Positions 49,689-59,598 of a stretch of DNA of 64,000 nucleotides are shown here, in pieces. The position numbers were made by a program, and so were the translations under genes. A model generated the notes under the pieces. It made no database searches and was not told the DNA's origin. It saw nothing but the letters and a program-made list of their open reading frames with translations. Location of the stretch: positions 1-64,000 of the forward strand of contig DAIDJN010000005.1 of assembly GCA_027451365.1 (NCBI GenBank). Direction: 5' to 3'. This DNA comes from Phycisphaerales bacterium. Its GTDB lineage: Bacteria > Planctomycetota > Phycisphaerae > WQYP01. Positions within the stretch are counted from its first letter, which is position 1. Each line of letters starts with the position of its first letter.

Positions 49689-50759
49689 TTACCAGGCGCC
49701 GGTGGCGACGTTGCGGACGGGAACCATGACAATGTCATAGGGTGGCGTGGCAGCCGGAACGGTGGGGCATTTGACTGACCTTCCGATGGTTGGTACTTTC
49801 CCGCCGCCCAAAAGCGGGTGCCGCTTGTGCGGCGAAGCAAACGTAAAAATATTGTCCTGATTCTGCCCCACATAGGGACTTACCTCAAACGACACATGGT
49901 CATCACCAAAGCCAACGTTCTGGCCGGCACCGCCATGATTACCGGAATTAAAAATGCTTTTCTGAGCGACGCGATTCAACGGTTGCGTCGGATCGCGATA
50001 GGCCCACTGCATTTTTCCTTTTTCAGTTTTATCCAGGGCCGGTGCCATATCGCTGACCACGGCAACATCAGAGCCATCGTTGGCGTTCCACCAGGGCGCG
50101 GGATTATCGCCCGCCCAGGGGAATGCGATGGAATAACTCTCACCCCGACCAGGCTTACCGAATTTGCCACCAATGTATCCAAAGTTACTGTAGCAGGTTG
50201 GCAGGGCATTGCCATTTTGTACGTACTGATCGCTGGGTTGGTTGGCGATTGGATCGGACGGGCAAATAAAGCTTTTGGGTGTAATCTGATTTTCCAGAAC
50301 CATAACCCACAGACAGGCCAGTGGAGAGCCTTCATGCAGACCGCGACTGCCGGCCTTGAAAAATGCCAGCGGCTGGTTCGCGCCAACTTTCCCTGATTTC
50401 GGCTTTCCCTGCGGCGCATACAATGCGCGCATGACCCGCGCCGGCGCGCCCATGCCATGGCGCGGATTACCGGGCGAATTTTCGTAGTGACCTTTTAATG
50501 GCGGCATGACCAGTGGAAATATATTTCCATTGGTTTGCGCATAAATAACCATGGATTGAATAATTCCGCGAACGTTGGCTGAACAGACGGCCCTATTGGC
50601 CAATTCGTGCGGCCTTGAGATTACGGCCAAGGCCAGGAAGGTCAGGGTGGTCAGGCAAACCGCCAGCATCCCGGCATCGGCAAAACCGTGCGAAAACCGT
50701 GACTCATGGCCGCCCGACGAAAGACCCGTGTATGGATATGACTTATGATGATTCGTCAT
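49689..50759 (-). CDS. Planctomycete DUF1559-like / pilin-type protein with H-X9-DG-like C-terminal motif
   Basis: ELANRAVCSANVRGIIQSMVIYAQ, FICPSD, SYS, NHGGAGQNVGFGDDHV. AGGAG RBS before ATG 50759. Confidence 0.7.
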   Translation of the reverse strand: MTNHHKSYPYTGLSSGGHESRFSHGFADAGMLAVCLTTLTFLALAVISRPHELANRAVCSANVRGIIQSMVIYAQTNGNIFPLVMPPLKGHYENSPGNPRHGMGAPARVMRALYAPQGKPKSGKVGANQPLAFFKAGSRGLHEGSPLACLWVMVLENQITPKSFICPSDPIANQPSDQYVQNGNALPTCYSNFGYIGGKFGKPGRGESYSIAFPWAGDNPAPWWNANDGSDVAVVSDMAPALDKTEKGKMQWAYRDPTQPLNRVAQKSIFNSGNHGGAGQNVGFGDDHVSFEVSPYVGQNQDNIFTFASPHKRHPLLGGGKVPTIGRSVKCPTVPAATPPYDIVMVPVRNVATGAW

Positions 50760-50795
50760 TCGACTGCTCCTGTTTTTTTTGACCAAAGTGCATAC

Positions 50796-52493
50796 TTAAT
50801 CGCGCATCATTTCAAGCAACATAATCGCACCGAGATACTTCAACGACGCCGCGGGAATATAGGCCTTCACCCGTAAAACCGGCCCGCGGCTTTGAGCGCT
50901 GATTGCAAACCATGGACTGAAGGCGACAAAAAAGCATTTTTCAAGCATATATTTCCGCATTGCCCGCACAACAGGTGCACGATCAAGCGGGTCGTGATTG
51001 TTTTGCACGTTGGCCACGGTGGCCGCCAGAAGGGTGTTTTCCACATTCGCCCCGCTGATCAGGTGATGCCCCACAAGCCCGCTCTCCACATCAAGGCCGT
51101 TAGCCCCGATCGTCACCACCTGTTCCAGATGACGCAATTCCTTCTGGGTAAAACCGACGGGCGCACCCGGTTTGACAGGTGCCATACGAATGGTGAAGGT
51201 GGAAAATGGGACACCGGCAATCGTGCGTGCGGATTTTGACTGCAACGGCTTGAGATACATACCATTGCTTTTCATCATCGCCGTCCAGCTTTGAGCCAAC
51301 GCCAGCAGATTGTGCTGATGGGCGGCAAAATGGTTTGCCATATCGGCAGACGTGGAAATGGAAACAGCGCGAAAGACCGGCGGCTTATTCATATTTACCG
51401 GCAGCATTTCCAGAGACCGGGTTATTGGATGCGTAAGGCCGCGCAGTGTCGCCAGCCATGGTTTCAGAAAAGCACTCTGGCTATGACCCAAGGCGGGATC
51501 TGCCTTGCTGATAAAGTCATCAAATGATTGGCACCATCTGCGCAGAGCCTGCGGGTTTGTGGCCATGGCACCGGCGACCGTAAATTGCGTATCCGGCAGG
51601 CCGGCCAGTGGCCGAGCGCCAAGCACCGGGCAGGCCGGCACGAAATCCGCAGTGGCTGAATGCTTCTGAAAATTGATAAACGCCTGAACGGATATTCCGT
51701 GACTATGCGGGTGGGCGACCAGCAGCACAATCTTGGCTTGTTCGATCAGATCGATCGCGGCATAAAGGGCACAGACGAAGGGCAGCATCTGTTGCCGGCG
51801 ATTTTTCGACCGGGCAAATTGAACATTTAGGGAGTCTATGAAGCGGTCGATACTCTGGATGGTATACTGACGTCCGGCACGGACGTTATCGAGCACACAG
51901 ATTCCCGGCTGCCGCAAGGCGGCGACCTCGGCCGCGGAAAGTTTGCCGGTCCAGAACTTTCTGGCCGCCAGAAAAGCCTTGAGCGTTCGGCGGCTGCGGG
52001 CACGCACAACATATGGTCCGCTTTGCACCGCCCAGGCGGTGATGACGTTATTCGATCGCAACTGGAAAATTCCGCCACGGTGGCGCGTTAGTTGTTCATG
52101 GCGGAATAAATGGCGCAGATGGGTGGACGGCAACAGATAGACGTGCGGCGCCGGAATGGTACCGGGCTGCGGATTTTTGTAGGGCATTTGAACAAGGACG
52201 ACGGTTCCGTGAAGGTCCATGGCGTGAAAGTTGAGTTGCAATGCGCTGACAAATCCGGTCAGTGCGTCGGGGCTTTGGGGCAGCGGAACGGCGCGTTCCA
52301 TTCGCGCCAAGCGTTGATTCAATCGACCGATATCATTGGCCACCAGAAACCACTGGGCATCGGCTGGAATAAGATTTAATATTTTGCCACCGGCGTCCGG
52401 TGCGGCCCGGACGCCAGCAACGAACGCCTGGCAAACAGTCATGGCGAAAGCAGCCACGACCAGGTTGAACAAATGCCTCAGAAGCGTGCGCAT
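50796..52493 (-). CDS. Secreted hypothetical protein
   Basis: 565-aa ORF with signal peptide (...GVRA) and GGAG RBS; no recognised motif. Confidence 0.7.
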   Translation of the reverse strand: MRTLLRHLFNLVVAAFAMTVCQAFVAGVRAAPDAGGKILNLIPADAQWFLVANDIGRLNQRLARMERAVPLPQSPDALTGFVSALQLNFHAMDLHGTVVLVQMPYKNPQPGTIPAPHVYLLPSTHLRHLFRHEQLTRHRGGIFQLRSNNVITAWAVQSGPYVVRARSRRTLKAFLAARKFWTGKLSAAEVAALRQPGICVLDNVRAGRQYTIQSIDRFIDSLNVQFARSKNRRQQMLPFVCALYAAIDLIEQAKIVLLVAHPHSHGISVQAFINFQKHSATADFVPACPVLGARPLAGLPDTQFTVAGAMATNPQALRRWCQSFDDFISKADPALGHSQSAFLKPWLATLRGLTHPITRSLEMLPVNMNKPPVFRAVSISTSADMANHFAAHQHNLLALAQSWTAMMKSNGMYLKPLQSKSARTIAGVPFSTFTIRMAPVKPGAPVGFTQKELRHLEQVVTIGANGLDVESGLVGHHLISGANVENTLLAATVANVQNNHDPLDRAPVVRAMRKYMLEKCFFVAFSPWFAISAQSRGPVLRVKAYIPAASLKYLGAIMLLEMMRD

Positions 52494-52694
52494 GCTTTTT
52501 TCTCCACCGACTCATTGCTGTTTATCGCAGATGAGAATAACCATGGCTTGCGGCGTTGGCAACCTCCAGAGATTTTGCCAATCGTGAGTAAAATGGATGA
52601 TCACTTAATAACATTCGCGTTCAACGAATGCATATGTATTATATCTGCAGGAAAGTGCAAGGGTTCGGCTTGATGCGAGGCCCAAGCCAAGGAA

Positions 52695-54641
52695 TTACCG
52701 GGAGATATTACGTCCTGCCGGGACGATGGCCAGATGACGCGGAACGTTCGTAATAACGGTGATTCGCACAAAACGTCCGCGGGCGGTTTGGATACCTTCA
52801 AACCAGTTGCGGCGATAATATATGGTGTGATCCTTTTTCAGCAGCGCCAGCACCCGCCGATCGACAACAATCGCGTATTTTTTTGCGCCCGCCTGTAACG
52901 GATGCCCAACCGTTCCAAAAGGCACTCCAGCCAAAAGCGGCGGTCCGCCGCCGAAAAGTTTTACATTGCCACCACTGTAAAACACCAAAGTCGGTTCGAT
53001 ATAACCCGCCGCCGCCAGATGGTAACCGCGCTGGGCCAGCAATTGCATTTCCATTCCGGCACGGCGGCTTATGGCAATCTGCCGGATGGCCGGTAGTGAA
53101 ATGGAATCGGCCAGCAACAGCGCCACAGCAAAGGTAAACACCGTGACAAACGGCCAGGCTGGACGATTCCAACTCATGGCACCCGCCACACCCACGGCAA
53201 TCAGCGCTGCGGCGGTAGGAACCACAAATTTGAATTCCCTACCATGCAATGGCACCAACAGCTTCCAAGCGGCAACGACCGCGAAAAGCCCCAGAAAAAT
53301 CCAGATTGCCATCCAGACCCAGCGCGCGGCGGCAAACCAGGCCGCCCCCAGGACGTCGGTCATGCGATGCCAGCTTTGCACCAGTGTGTCGGCACAAAGA
53401 ATAATGAGTGGAATATATAAAGGCAGCACATATTGCACCATTTTTGTGGCAATACATTCAAAAACAATCCAGGCAGGGACAATCCAGGCCAGAAGGAACT
53501 GATACGCCGTGCGATCAAGCACAATGGCGGTTCGGCCACGCACGCGGCGAAATAAATGGTAGGCCGCGGGAACCAGAAGGACGCTCCAAGGCCAGAACGT
53601 GACCCAAATTGTAACCAGATAAAACCCAGGCGGTGCCCCATGATGCTGCAAACCGGAAGTGGTGCGCTGCACAAGATTCTGATTCAACATTTCGGTTATC
53701 AGCCGGCCTTGTGTAGCCAGCCAGGCGGCGATAAACCATGGACATATCAAAATAAGAAGGAATATCAATCCGCGGATCGGTCGCAAATTGCCCACCCATC
53801 GCCAATTGCCACCCCCCACCGCCGCGGCCAGCAGTTTTGAAAGCGAACCAAACGGCTTTCTAAAATCGGCCTTTCTAAATTCGCCGGGCAAGCGGCCATT
53901 GAAAATGGAAAGAGCCAGAACCGTGCACAGCACGAATATGGGCGTCACTCCCTTGGTAAGAATACCCGCCGCCATTGCCGCCCAGAAGGCGATCGCCATT
54001 TTTCTGGAAAATTTACCGGCGGCGGCGGGTGAAGCCTGATTCAGCAGTTGTCCATCTTCCATGTTTTCCAAAGTATGAACCTGCGGAAGAAGTTGTGCCG
54101 GTGCCACCGAGCGATTCCAGGCATCCCATGCCGACCAGAGACATCCCATGGTCAGCGTGGTGAAACAGATCATGACCGAATCGGCGGTGGCCAGACGGGA
54201 TTCGGCGAAAAAAAGAGCGGTGACGGATAGCATAAGGGCGGCCAAAAGCCCGGTCAGGCGACCAAAGCGCTTGCCAGCTATCCAGTAAACCAGTATCAGC
54301 GTCATCGAACCGAAAATAACGCTGGGCAGCCGGGCAGCCATGGTATTAATGCCGAATATTTTATAGCTGATGTCCATAAGCCAGTAGATGACTGGCGGTT
54401 TGTCCGGCCGCAGGACACCATCAAAACGCGGCACAATGAAATTTCCGCTGTTAAGCATTTCGCGAGCTGCCTGGGCGAAACGCGGTTCGTCACGGTCAAA
54501 CAGCGGAATGCGGCCAATCCCCGGAAAATAAAGGGTACACGCAAGAAGCAGAATCAGCAGAATATCTTCCCAGGTCCACCATCGGGGGGCCATTCTTTTT
54601 TTTGTTTGTTCCACGCACGCATCCTGAACGCCAAAATCCAA
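52695..54641 (-). CDS. ArnT/PMT-family (GT-C) membrane glycosyltransferase
   Basis: LFDRDEPRFAQAAREM, RPDKPPVIYWL, AARLPS, GILTKG, TKMVQYVLP. Start may be 54593. Confidence 0.9.
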   Translation of the reverse strand: MDFGVQDACVEQTKKRMAPRWWTWEDILLILLLACTLYFPGIGRIPLFDRDEPRFAQAAREMLNSGNFIVPRFDGVLRPDKPPVIYWLMDISYKIFGINTMAARLPSVIFGSMTLILVYWIAGKRFGRLTGLLAALMLSVTALFFAESRLATADSVMICFTTLTMGCLWSAWDAWNRSVAPAQLLPQVHTLENMEDGQLLNQASPAAAGKFSRKMAIAFWAAMAAGILTKGVTPIFVLCTVLALSIFNGRLPGEFRKADFRKPFGSLSKLLAAAVGGGNWRWVGNLRPIRGLIFLLILICPWFIAAWLATQGRLITEMLNQNLVQRTTSGLQHHGAPPGFYLVTIWVTFWPWSVLLVPAAYHLFRRVRGRTAIVLDRTAYQFLLAWIVPAWIVFECIATKMVQYVLPLYIPLIILCADTLVQSWHRMTDVLGAAWFAAARWVWMAIWIFLGLFAVVAAWKLLVPLHGREFKFVVPTAAALIAVGVAGAMSWNRPAWPFVTVFTFAVALLLADSISLPAIRQIAISRRAGMEMQLLAQRGYHLAAAGYIEPTLVFYSGGNVKLFGGGPPLLAGVPFGTVGHPLQAGAKKYAIVVDRRVLALLKKDHTIYYRRNWFEGIQTARGRFVRITVITNVPRHLAIVPAGRNISR

Positions 54642-54714
54642 TCAACCGGTTAAGAATATAGGCGGGTTGTGCGGGCAGGGCCAGTCCCCGGACCTGCAAC
54701 GGCAGGAAGCCGGT

Positions 54715-55926
54715 TCAACTTGCCCCAGTTGCCAGCCCCGGCATGACCGGTATCGCCGCCCGGCTTTCCGCCGGGTTGTACCGTTCACCGAGGCTGTAAT
54801 GCACCGGAACTCCGTCCTTGGTATGCAGCAAATAATAGCCGCCGCGGTCCACGAGTTCTTCATAAGGTCCAAGCACGCACTTACCCATGGGCGTCGGAAT
54901 AGTGAGCAGGGGCACACGTGTGCCGGGCGCGGAAGCTAAAGCGCGCAATATAAATTGGCTTTCCGGCAATGTCAGCCGATGCTGGGGCAGAGTGCCATCA
55001 GGGAACGGATGAATAAGATAGTACGGTTTGACGGTTACCCGCCCGCTGTCCAACCGATCATACATATCGGTAATAATGGCAGCATCGTTGTTAATCCCGC
55101 GAAACAGCGGATGCTGTGTCATCATGAGAGGTGGACGCGCCGGTGTCAGCCGGACAAGAATATCCAAGACTTCAAGCAGCACAGGCGTTACTTCTCGCGG
55201 ATGCACGACATGCAGAATATAGGAATTCGGGGCAAGGTCGGCAATGGCCTTTTGCAGTGCGGTGTTGCGCATCAGCCGGTTCGGATACCAGACCGGCTCC
55301 CGCGTGTGAATACAAACAGTAATGCGTCTGGAAACACGCTGATTCAGCCGTTTGACGCGGTGGGCCAGATGGGTAAGCACGCCAGCACCCACTGCCAGCG
55401 GGTCACCGCCGCTTAGGATAATTTCACGCAGCTCGGCCAGCCGGGGTGATGTTTCCGCCTGGTCAAACATGGCGTCAATTTCGGCATGGGTAATGGTGCC
55501 CGGCGTCACATCGCGATTCTTCAGATAGCAGTAGCGGCACAGCCCACTGCAAAAGTCGGTGACGCGCAACAGGCTTTCGTATCGGTATTTTTGAATCCAT
55601 CGCGGATGGTCTACGACTTTTTCGGCAAGTTGAAACGAATCCCAGCGTTCAGTGCCTGTGTCATACAATTCGCCGCTGTTTGGCAGCACCAGATCCCACA
55701 GCGGATCGTCCGGCAGATTGGTGAGAATATTTTCCACATAAAACCGCGGCAGACGGAAGGTGAATGTGCGGGCAACCTCTTCCATTTCAGCCAAGCGCGA
55801 GGCGCTGATACCGGGCAATGCGGCCGACAATGCGGCGACCGAGGTCAACAGGTCCGGGTTGTCATTGGAAGGATGATGCTGTGCGATTTCCACAATATCA
55901 AGCGATTTATTCTGTAAGACAGTCAT
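54715..55926 (-). CDS. KamA-family (aminomutase-like) radical SAM protein, divergent
   Basis: DDPLWDLVLP, QKY, CSGLCRYC, EIILSGGDPL, IHTREPVWYP, HVVHPRE, QHPLFRGINND, KPYYL, PMGK. Confidence 0.85.
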   Translation of the reverse strand: MTVLQNKSLDIVEIAQHHPSNDNPDLLTSVAALSAALPGISASRLAEMEEVARTFTFRLPRFYVENILTNLPDDPLWDLVLPNSGELYDTGTERWDSFQLAEKVVDHPRWIQKYRYESLLRVTDFCSGLCRYCYLKNRDVTPGTITHAEIDAMFDQAETSPRLAELREIILSGGDPLAVGAGVLTHLAHRVKRLNQRVSRRITVCIHTREPVWYPNRLMRNTALQKAIADLAPNSYILHVVHPREVTPVLLEVLDILVRLTPARPPLMMTQHPLFRGINNDAAIITDMYDRLDSGRVTVKPYYLIHPFPDGTLPQHRLTLPESQFILRALASAPGTRVPLLTIPTPMGKCVLGPYEELVDRGGYYLLHTKDGVPVHYSLGERYNPAESRAAIPVMPGLATGAS

Positions 55927-56230
55927 TCCAGTTTACTCCACAGCTCATTATACGCCAGGCATACCCCAATCGCATAGTCTCGCTGATCCGAAAACCGGCC
56001 GCCCAAATAGTAAAACAGGTTGACTTTTCGTCCATTTTCAGACATAGTCCAAATTATGAATATAGCGCCATTCAATTTCATTCAACTGTCCGGCCCGGAC
56101 TTCTGGTTTGGCGGCATGTATTTTACCACCGGCTGGCGTCGGCGGACTTGAGATTGTTATCCAGAGTTTCTTTATCATCCTCAAGCCCGCCGAAAGACGG
56201 GCTTTATTTGTTTTACGACAGGATTTCATC

Positions 56231-56359
56231 ATGCAATCGACTATCGCCATGTATATCCAGCAAAGCTTGCAGTTGGCGGACGACGCCCTGCGGCTGGCGC
56301 ATCAGATAGAACAACAGATCGACCCCATTCGGCCCCGGGAGAGGCTTTGGCGATTCTGA
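56231..56359 (+). CDS. 42-aa small ORF upstream of DAHP synthase, possible leader peptide
   Basis: AGGA RBS; MQSTIAMYIQQSLQLADDALRLAHQIEQQIDPIRPRERLWRF*; 58 nt before aroF. Confidence 0.4.
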   Translation: MQSTIAMYIQQSLQLADDALRLAHQIEQQIDPIRPRERLWRF

Positions 56360-56417
56360 CCGCGTCGGTCAGGTAAAATCGAAAAAGAAAACAACACGCA
56401 AACGAAAGGAAGCAACC

Positions 56418-57440
56418 ATGATTATTGTAATGGAACAGGGTGCGACAGACGGACAGGTGCAGCATGTCGTGGATCTGGTGCGGGAAATGGGTCTCCGTGA
56501 ACATGTCATTGTCGGCACGGAACGGACCGTAGTCGCCGTGCTCGGAGACGACCGTGCCAAGGACAAAGACAAACTGGAAAACGCCGGTGGTGTGGAAAAG
56601 GTCATGCCGGTTCTGGCACCCTATAAAATGGCCTCACGTGAAGTAAAAAAAGAACGTTCGGTTGTGCCGCTGGGCGGTCGGCTCGGTGGAACGGCCGGTG
56701 GAAAAAAACTGGCGCTAATCGCTGGTCCCTGTTCCGTGGAAGACCGTGTGAAACTGCTGGAAATTGCACACATGGTGAAAGATGCGGGCGCCACCGGCCT
56801 GCGGGGTGGTGCATTCAAACCGCGTACCAGCCCGTACGCCTTTCAGGGTATGGGAGAAAAAGGTCTGGAAATTTTGGCCGAAGCCCGCGAACAGACCGGT
56901 CTGGCGGTGGTAACTGAAATCATGTCCATAGATCAGGTGGAACTGGTCTGCCGATATGCGGACGTGCTGCAGGTTGGCGCAAGAAACATGCAAAACTTCA
57001 ATCTGCTATGGGCGGTCGGCGAACAGCGCAAACCGGTGTTGCTGAAACGCGGCATTGCGGCCACGCTGGAGGAATTCATGCTGGCGGCGGAATACATCAT
57101 GTCCCGCGGAAACAGCCAGGTTATTTTATGCGAACGGGGCATTCGCACATTCGAAACGCATTGCCGCAATACGCTTCCTCTGGCCACCGTGCCGGAGGTT
57201 CATCGCATCAGCCACCTGCCGATTCTGGTCGATCCATCCCAGGGAACCGGACACGCACATCTGGTGCCGGATATGTGCAAGGCGGCGATCGCCTGCGGGG
57301 CGGACGGCCTTATTATTGAATGCCACAACGACCCTGAACACGCGCTTACAGATGGCGCTCAATCCATTACACCCGCCACATTAAAGGCAATGTATGGCAC
57401 GCTGAAAAAGCTGGCCGCCGCGGTGGACCGCGAAATTTAA
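56418..57440 (+). CDS. aroF: 3-deoxy-7-phosphoheptulonate (DAHP) synthase, type I-beta with N-terminal regulatory domain
   Basis: IAGPCSVE, GGAFKPRTSPYAFQG, QVGARNMQNF, LLKRG, LCERGIRTFE, VDPSQ, ALTDGAQS. Confidence 0.96.
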   Translation: MIIVMEQGATDGQVQHVVDLVREMGLREHVIVGTERTVVAVLGDDRAKDKDKLENAGGVEKVMPVLAPYKMASREVKKERSVVPLGGRLGGTAGGKKLALIAGPCSVEDRVKLLEIAHMVKDAGATGLRGGAFKPRTSPYAFQGMGEKGLEILAEAREQTGLAVVTEIMSIDQVELVCRYADVLQVGARNMQNFNLLWAVGEQRKPVLLKRGIAATLEEFMLAAEYIMSRGNSQVILCERGIRTFETHCRNTLPLATVPEVHRISHLPILVDPSQGTGHAHLVPDMCKAAIACGADGLIIECHNDPEHALTDGAQSITPATLKAMYGTLKKLAAAVDREI

Positions 57441-57634
57441 ATGGGCCTCCGGCCGCCGCTCTACTTGCAGGAAGCGCTTGATATTCAAGTGGTTCCTGCC
57501 CAACGACGTCGCCCGAGTTTTCGGAATCCGAAAATGGACGGAAAATTTCGTTTCGGAAAGCGGGAACGCGCATTCGAATTCTATTTGACTGCGCATTAAA
57601 ACCGCCGGGTATCGGAGATGCGCCGGCAATTATG

Positions 57635-59407
57635 TCAGGCGAGACGCCCTTCCAGGGTCCGATTCTCAGCACGACCGGCGACCTGCGCCGCCCGCAGCAG
57701 AAGAAGACCGATGATCAGCATGACGGCGGCGCAAAATGCAAAAGAGAGCCTCCCGGCCAGCGAATTGGGAATAAGTACAAAAAGACCTATCACCACGCCA
57801 TAGCTCGTGGCCAGCGCACCAAGCACGCGAAACAGCGGCCCGGAATGACTTGCGGTATTCTGCTTGTCTTCGGTGACCGGCGTGGCGAGTTTCTGCGAAA
57901 GGTCTTCTATCGCCTGTCGCTGGACTGAATCCGATTTCTTGTAAAACAGACCGGTTGTAAAAAACCATGCCGAAGACACAATCAGCATGGCGAAAATCGG
58001 CAGGAAGAATGTGGCGTCCACCTTTTCAGCATGGCTTAACCCAAGCGGAAACATGCTGTGCAGAATTCGGTGCCGAGCAAGATAAATCCCCACTGACGTA
58101 ACCAGACCCACCGTCGCGGTACTCCAGCCAGACCAGCCCGGCGTACGAAGATACATAAAACCCAGCGCCATGGGTATTGACAGCGGCAGTATGAACAGAC
58201 CGGCGACAAGGTTCGTCAGGTTAAAAAGACCCATCAGTTTGCAATAGCTGAAAAAAATTCCGATGGAAATCACAATGGCGCCAAAAATCAAGGTGAGCCT
58301 TTTACTGATGCGCAAGAGTTTCTTCTCATCCGCATCGGGATTCATGATTGGCAGATAAAAATTCCGCACCACCACGCCGACACCCTGATTCAGCACGGCA
58401 TCCAGGTTGGTAATGGTGGCCGCAAAAATGGTGCTCACCAAAAGCCCGATCATGCCGTGAGGCATGGTGGCCAGGCAGACGGCCACATAAGCCGCTTCCG
58501 AAGGATGTTGCAAATGTGGAAACTCAGCATGCAGATTCATGTGGGTGGCGACGGCGCTTAGCGATGGAATAATCCAGATGACCGGAGCGATAAGCATCCC
58601 GATAACAGGAATAATGACCATTCGTCGGGCAGTGCGGTCGGAACGCAGCATCAGAAATTTTTGAGAATTTTCCACACTGTTTGCGGATACAATATTCAGC
58701 AGTGTCATGGCGATAATCCAACTGACGATGAACCCAAGCGGGACCTGCGAAGTCCAGGAAAAATAGCGGGCCGGGACTTTGTGAATCAAGCCGGAAATCC
58801 CCCCCACCGCCGGCTGATGCACAGCCAGAAACGCGGCCACAGCCGTAATGCACAAAACCAGCACCATTTGAATAAAATCATTGACGGCTACCGCCCAGGC
58901 ACCGCCGAAGTATGACACAAGGGTGATTAATACGCCGCAGGTGATCAGCGTGGCGGCAATGGAAACATGAAAAATAGAGGACATGAAAACCGCGACCGCA
59001 AACAGCACAATGCCTCCCGCGATAAGCAGCAGCGGTATTTTCACCCAAGTATAAAACTGCTGCGTTCCGCGGCCAAAACGCTGGTGAACAGCTTCCATCC
59101 AGGTAATGGCTCGCAAGCGGCGGAATCGCCTGGCGCTTAAAAACAGCAATGTCGTGAAGGCGAAACTGTTGGAAAAGTAGAGCGCCAGCACAAACGTGCC
59201 GCTGGTGAATACCTTGCCGGCGGCTCCGGTAAAAGTCCACGCGCTGAAATTCATAAACAGCGCTGCGCCGGTAATCCACCAGGGAATGACACCCGCAGCG
59301 CGAAAATAATCGGATGTATTCTTGCTTTGCATACGCAGCAGAACACCGGCGGCCAGAATAAGGCTGAAATAAATTGCGATGGCCAGATAATCATAAGATG
59401 AAAGCAT
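57635..59407 (-). CDS. Sodium:solute symporter (SSS) family transporter
   Basis: DYFRAAG..PWW, FSAWTFTGAAG, GGAWAVAVNDFIQ, GMIGLLVSTIFAAT; many TM helices. Confidence 0.9.
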   Translation of the reverse strand: MLSSYDYLAIAIYFSLILAAGVLLRMQSKNTSDYFRAAGVIPWWITGAALFMNFSAWTFTGAAGKVFTSGTFVLALYFSNSFAFTTLLFLSARRFRRLRAITWMEAVHQRFGRGTQQFYTWVKIPLLLIAGGIVLFAVAVFMSSIFHVSIAATLITCGVLITLVSYFGGAWAVAVNDFIQMVLVLCITAVAAFLAVHQPAVGGISGLIHKVPARYFSWTSQVPLGFIVSWIIAMTLLNIVSANSVENSQKFLMLRSDRTARRMVIIPVIGMLIAPVIWIIPSLSAVATHMNLHAEFPHLQHPSEAAYVAVCLATMPHGMIGLLVSTIFAATITNLDAVLNQGVGVVVRNFYLPIMNPDADEKKLLRISKRLTLIFGAIVISIGIFFSYCKLMGLFNLTNLVAGLFILPLSIPMALGFMYLRTPGWSGWSTATVGLVTSVGIYLARHRILHSMFPLGLSHAEKVDATFFLPIFAMLIVSSAWFFTTGLFYKKSDSVQRQAIEDLSQKLATPVTEDKQNTASHSGPLFRVLGALATSYGVVIGLFVLIPNSLAGRLSFAFCAAVMLIIGLLLLRAAQVAGRAENRTLEGRLA

Positions 59408-59598
59408 GAAGACCTTTCAATTTGAACTGACAGCATCGTCGTCCGATTTTGCACAGAGTTTAGAGGCCGCCGAAATTGAACACAAGCCCGATTCCACCCG
59501 CTGCCCGACGAGGCCAGCCATTGCGGCGTCACAAACCGCGGCTGAAAAGCTTCTTTGCAACAGATGATTGCGTATCACAAGAAGGAATCGTCATCACA

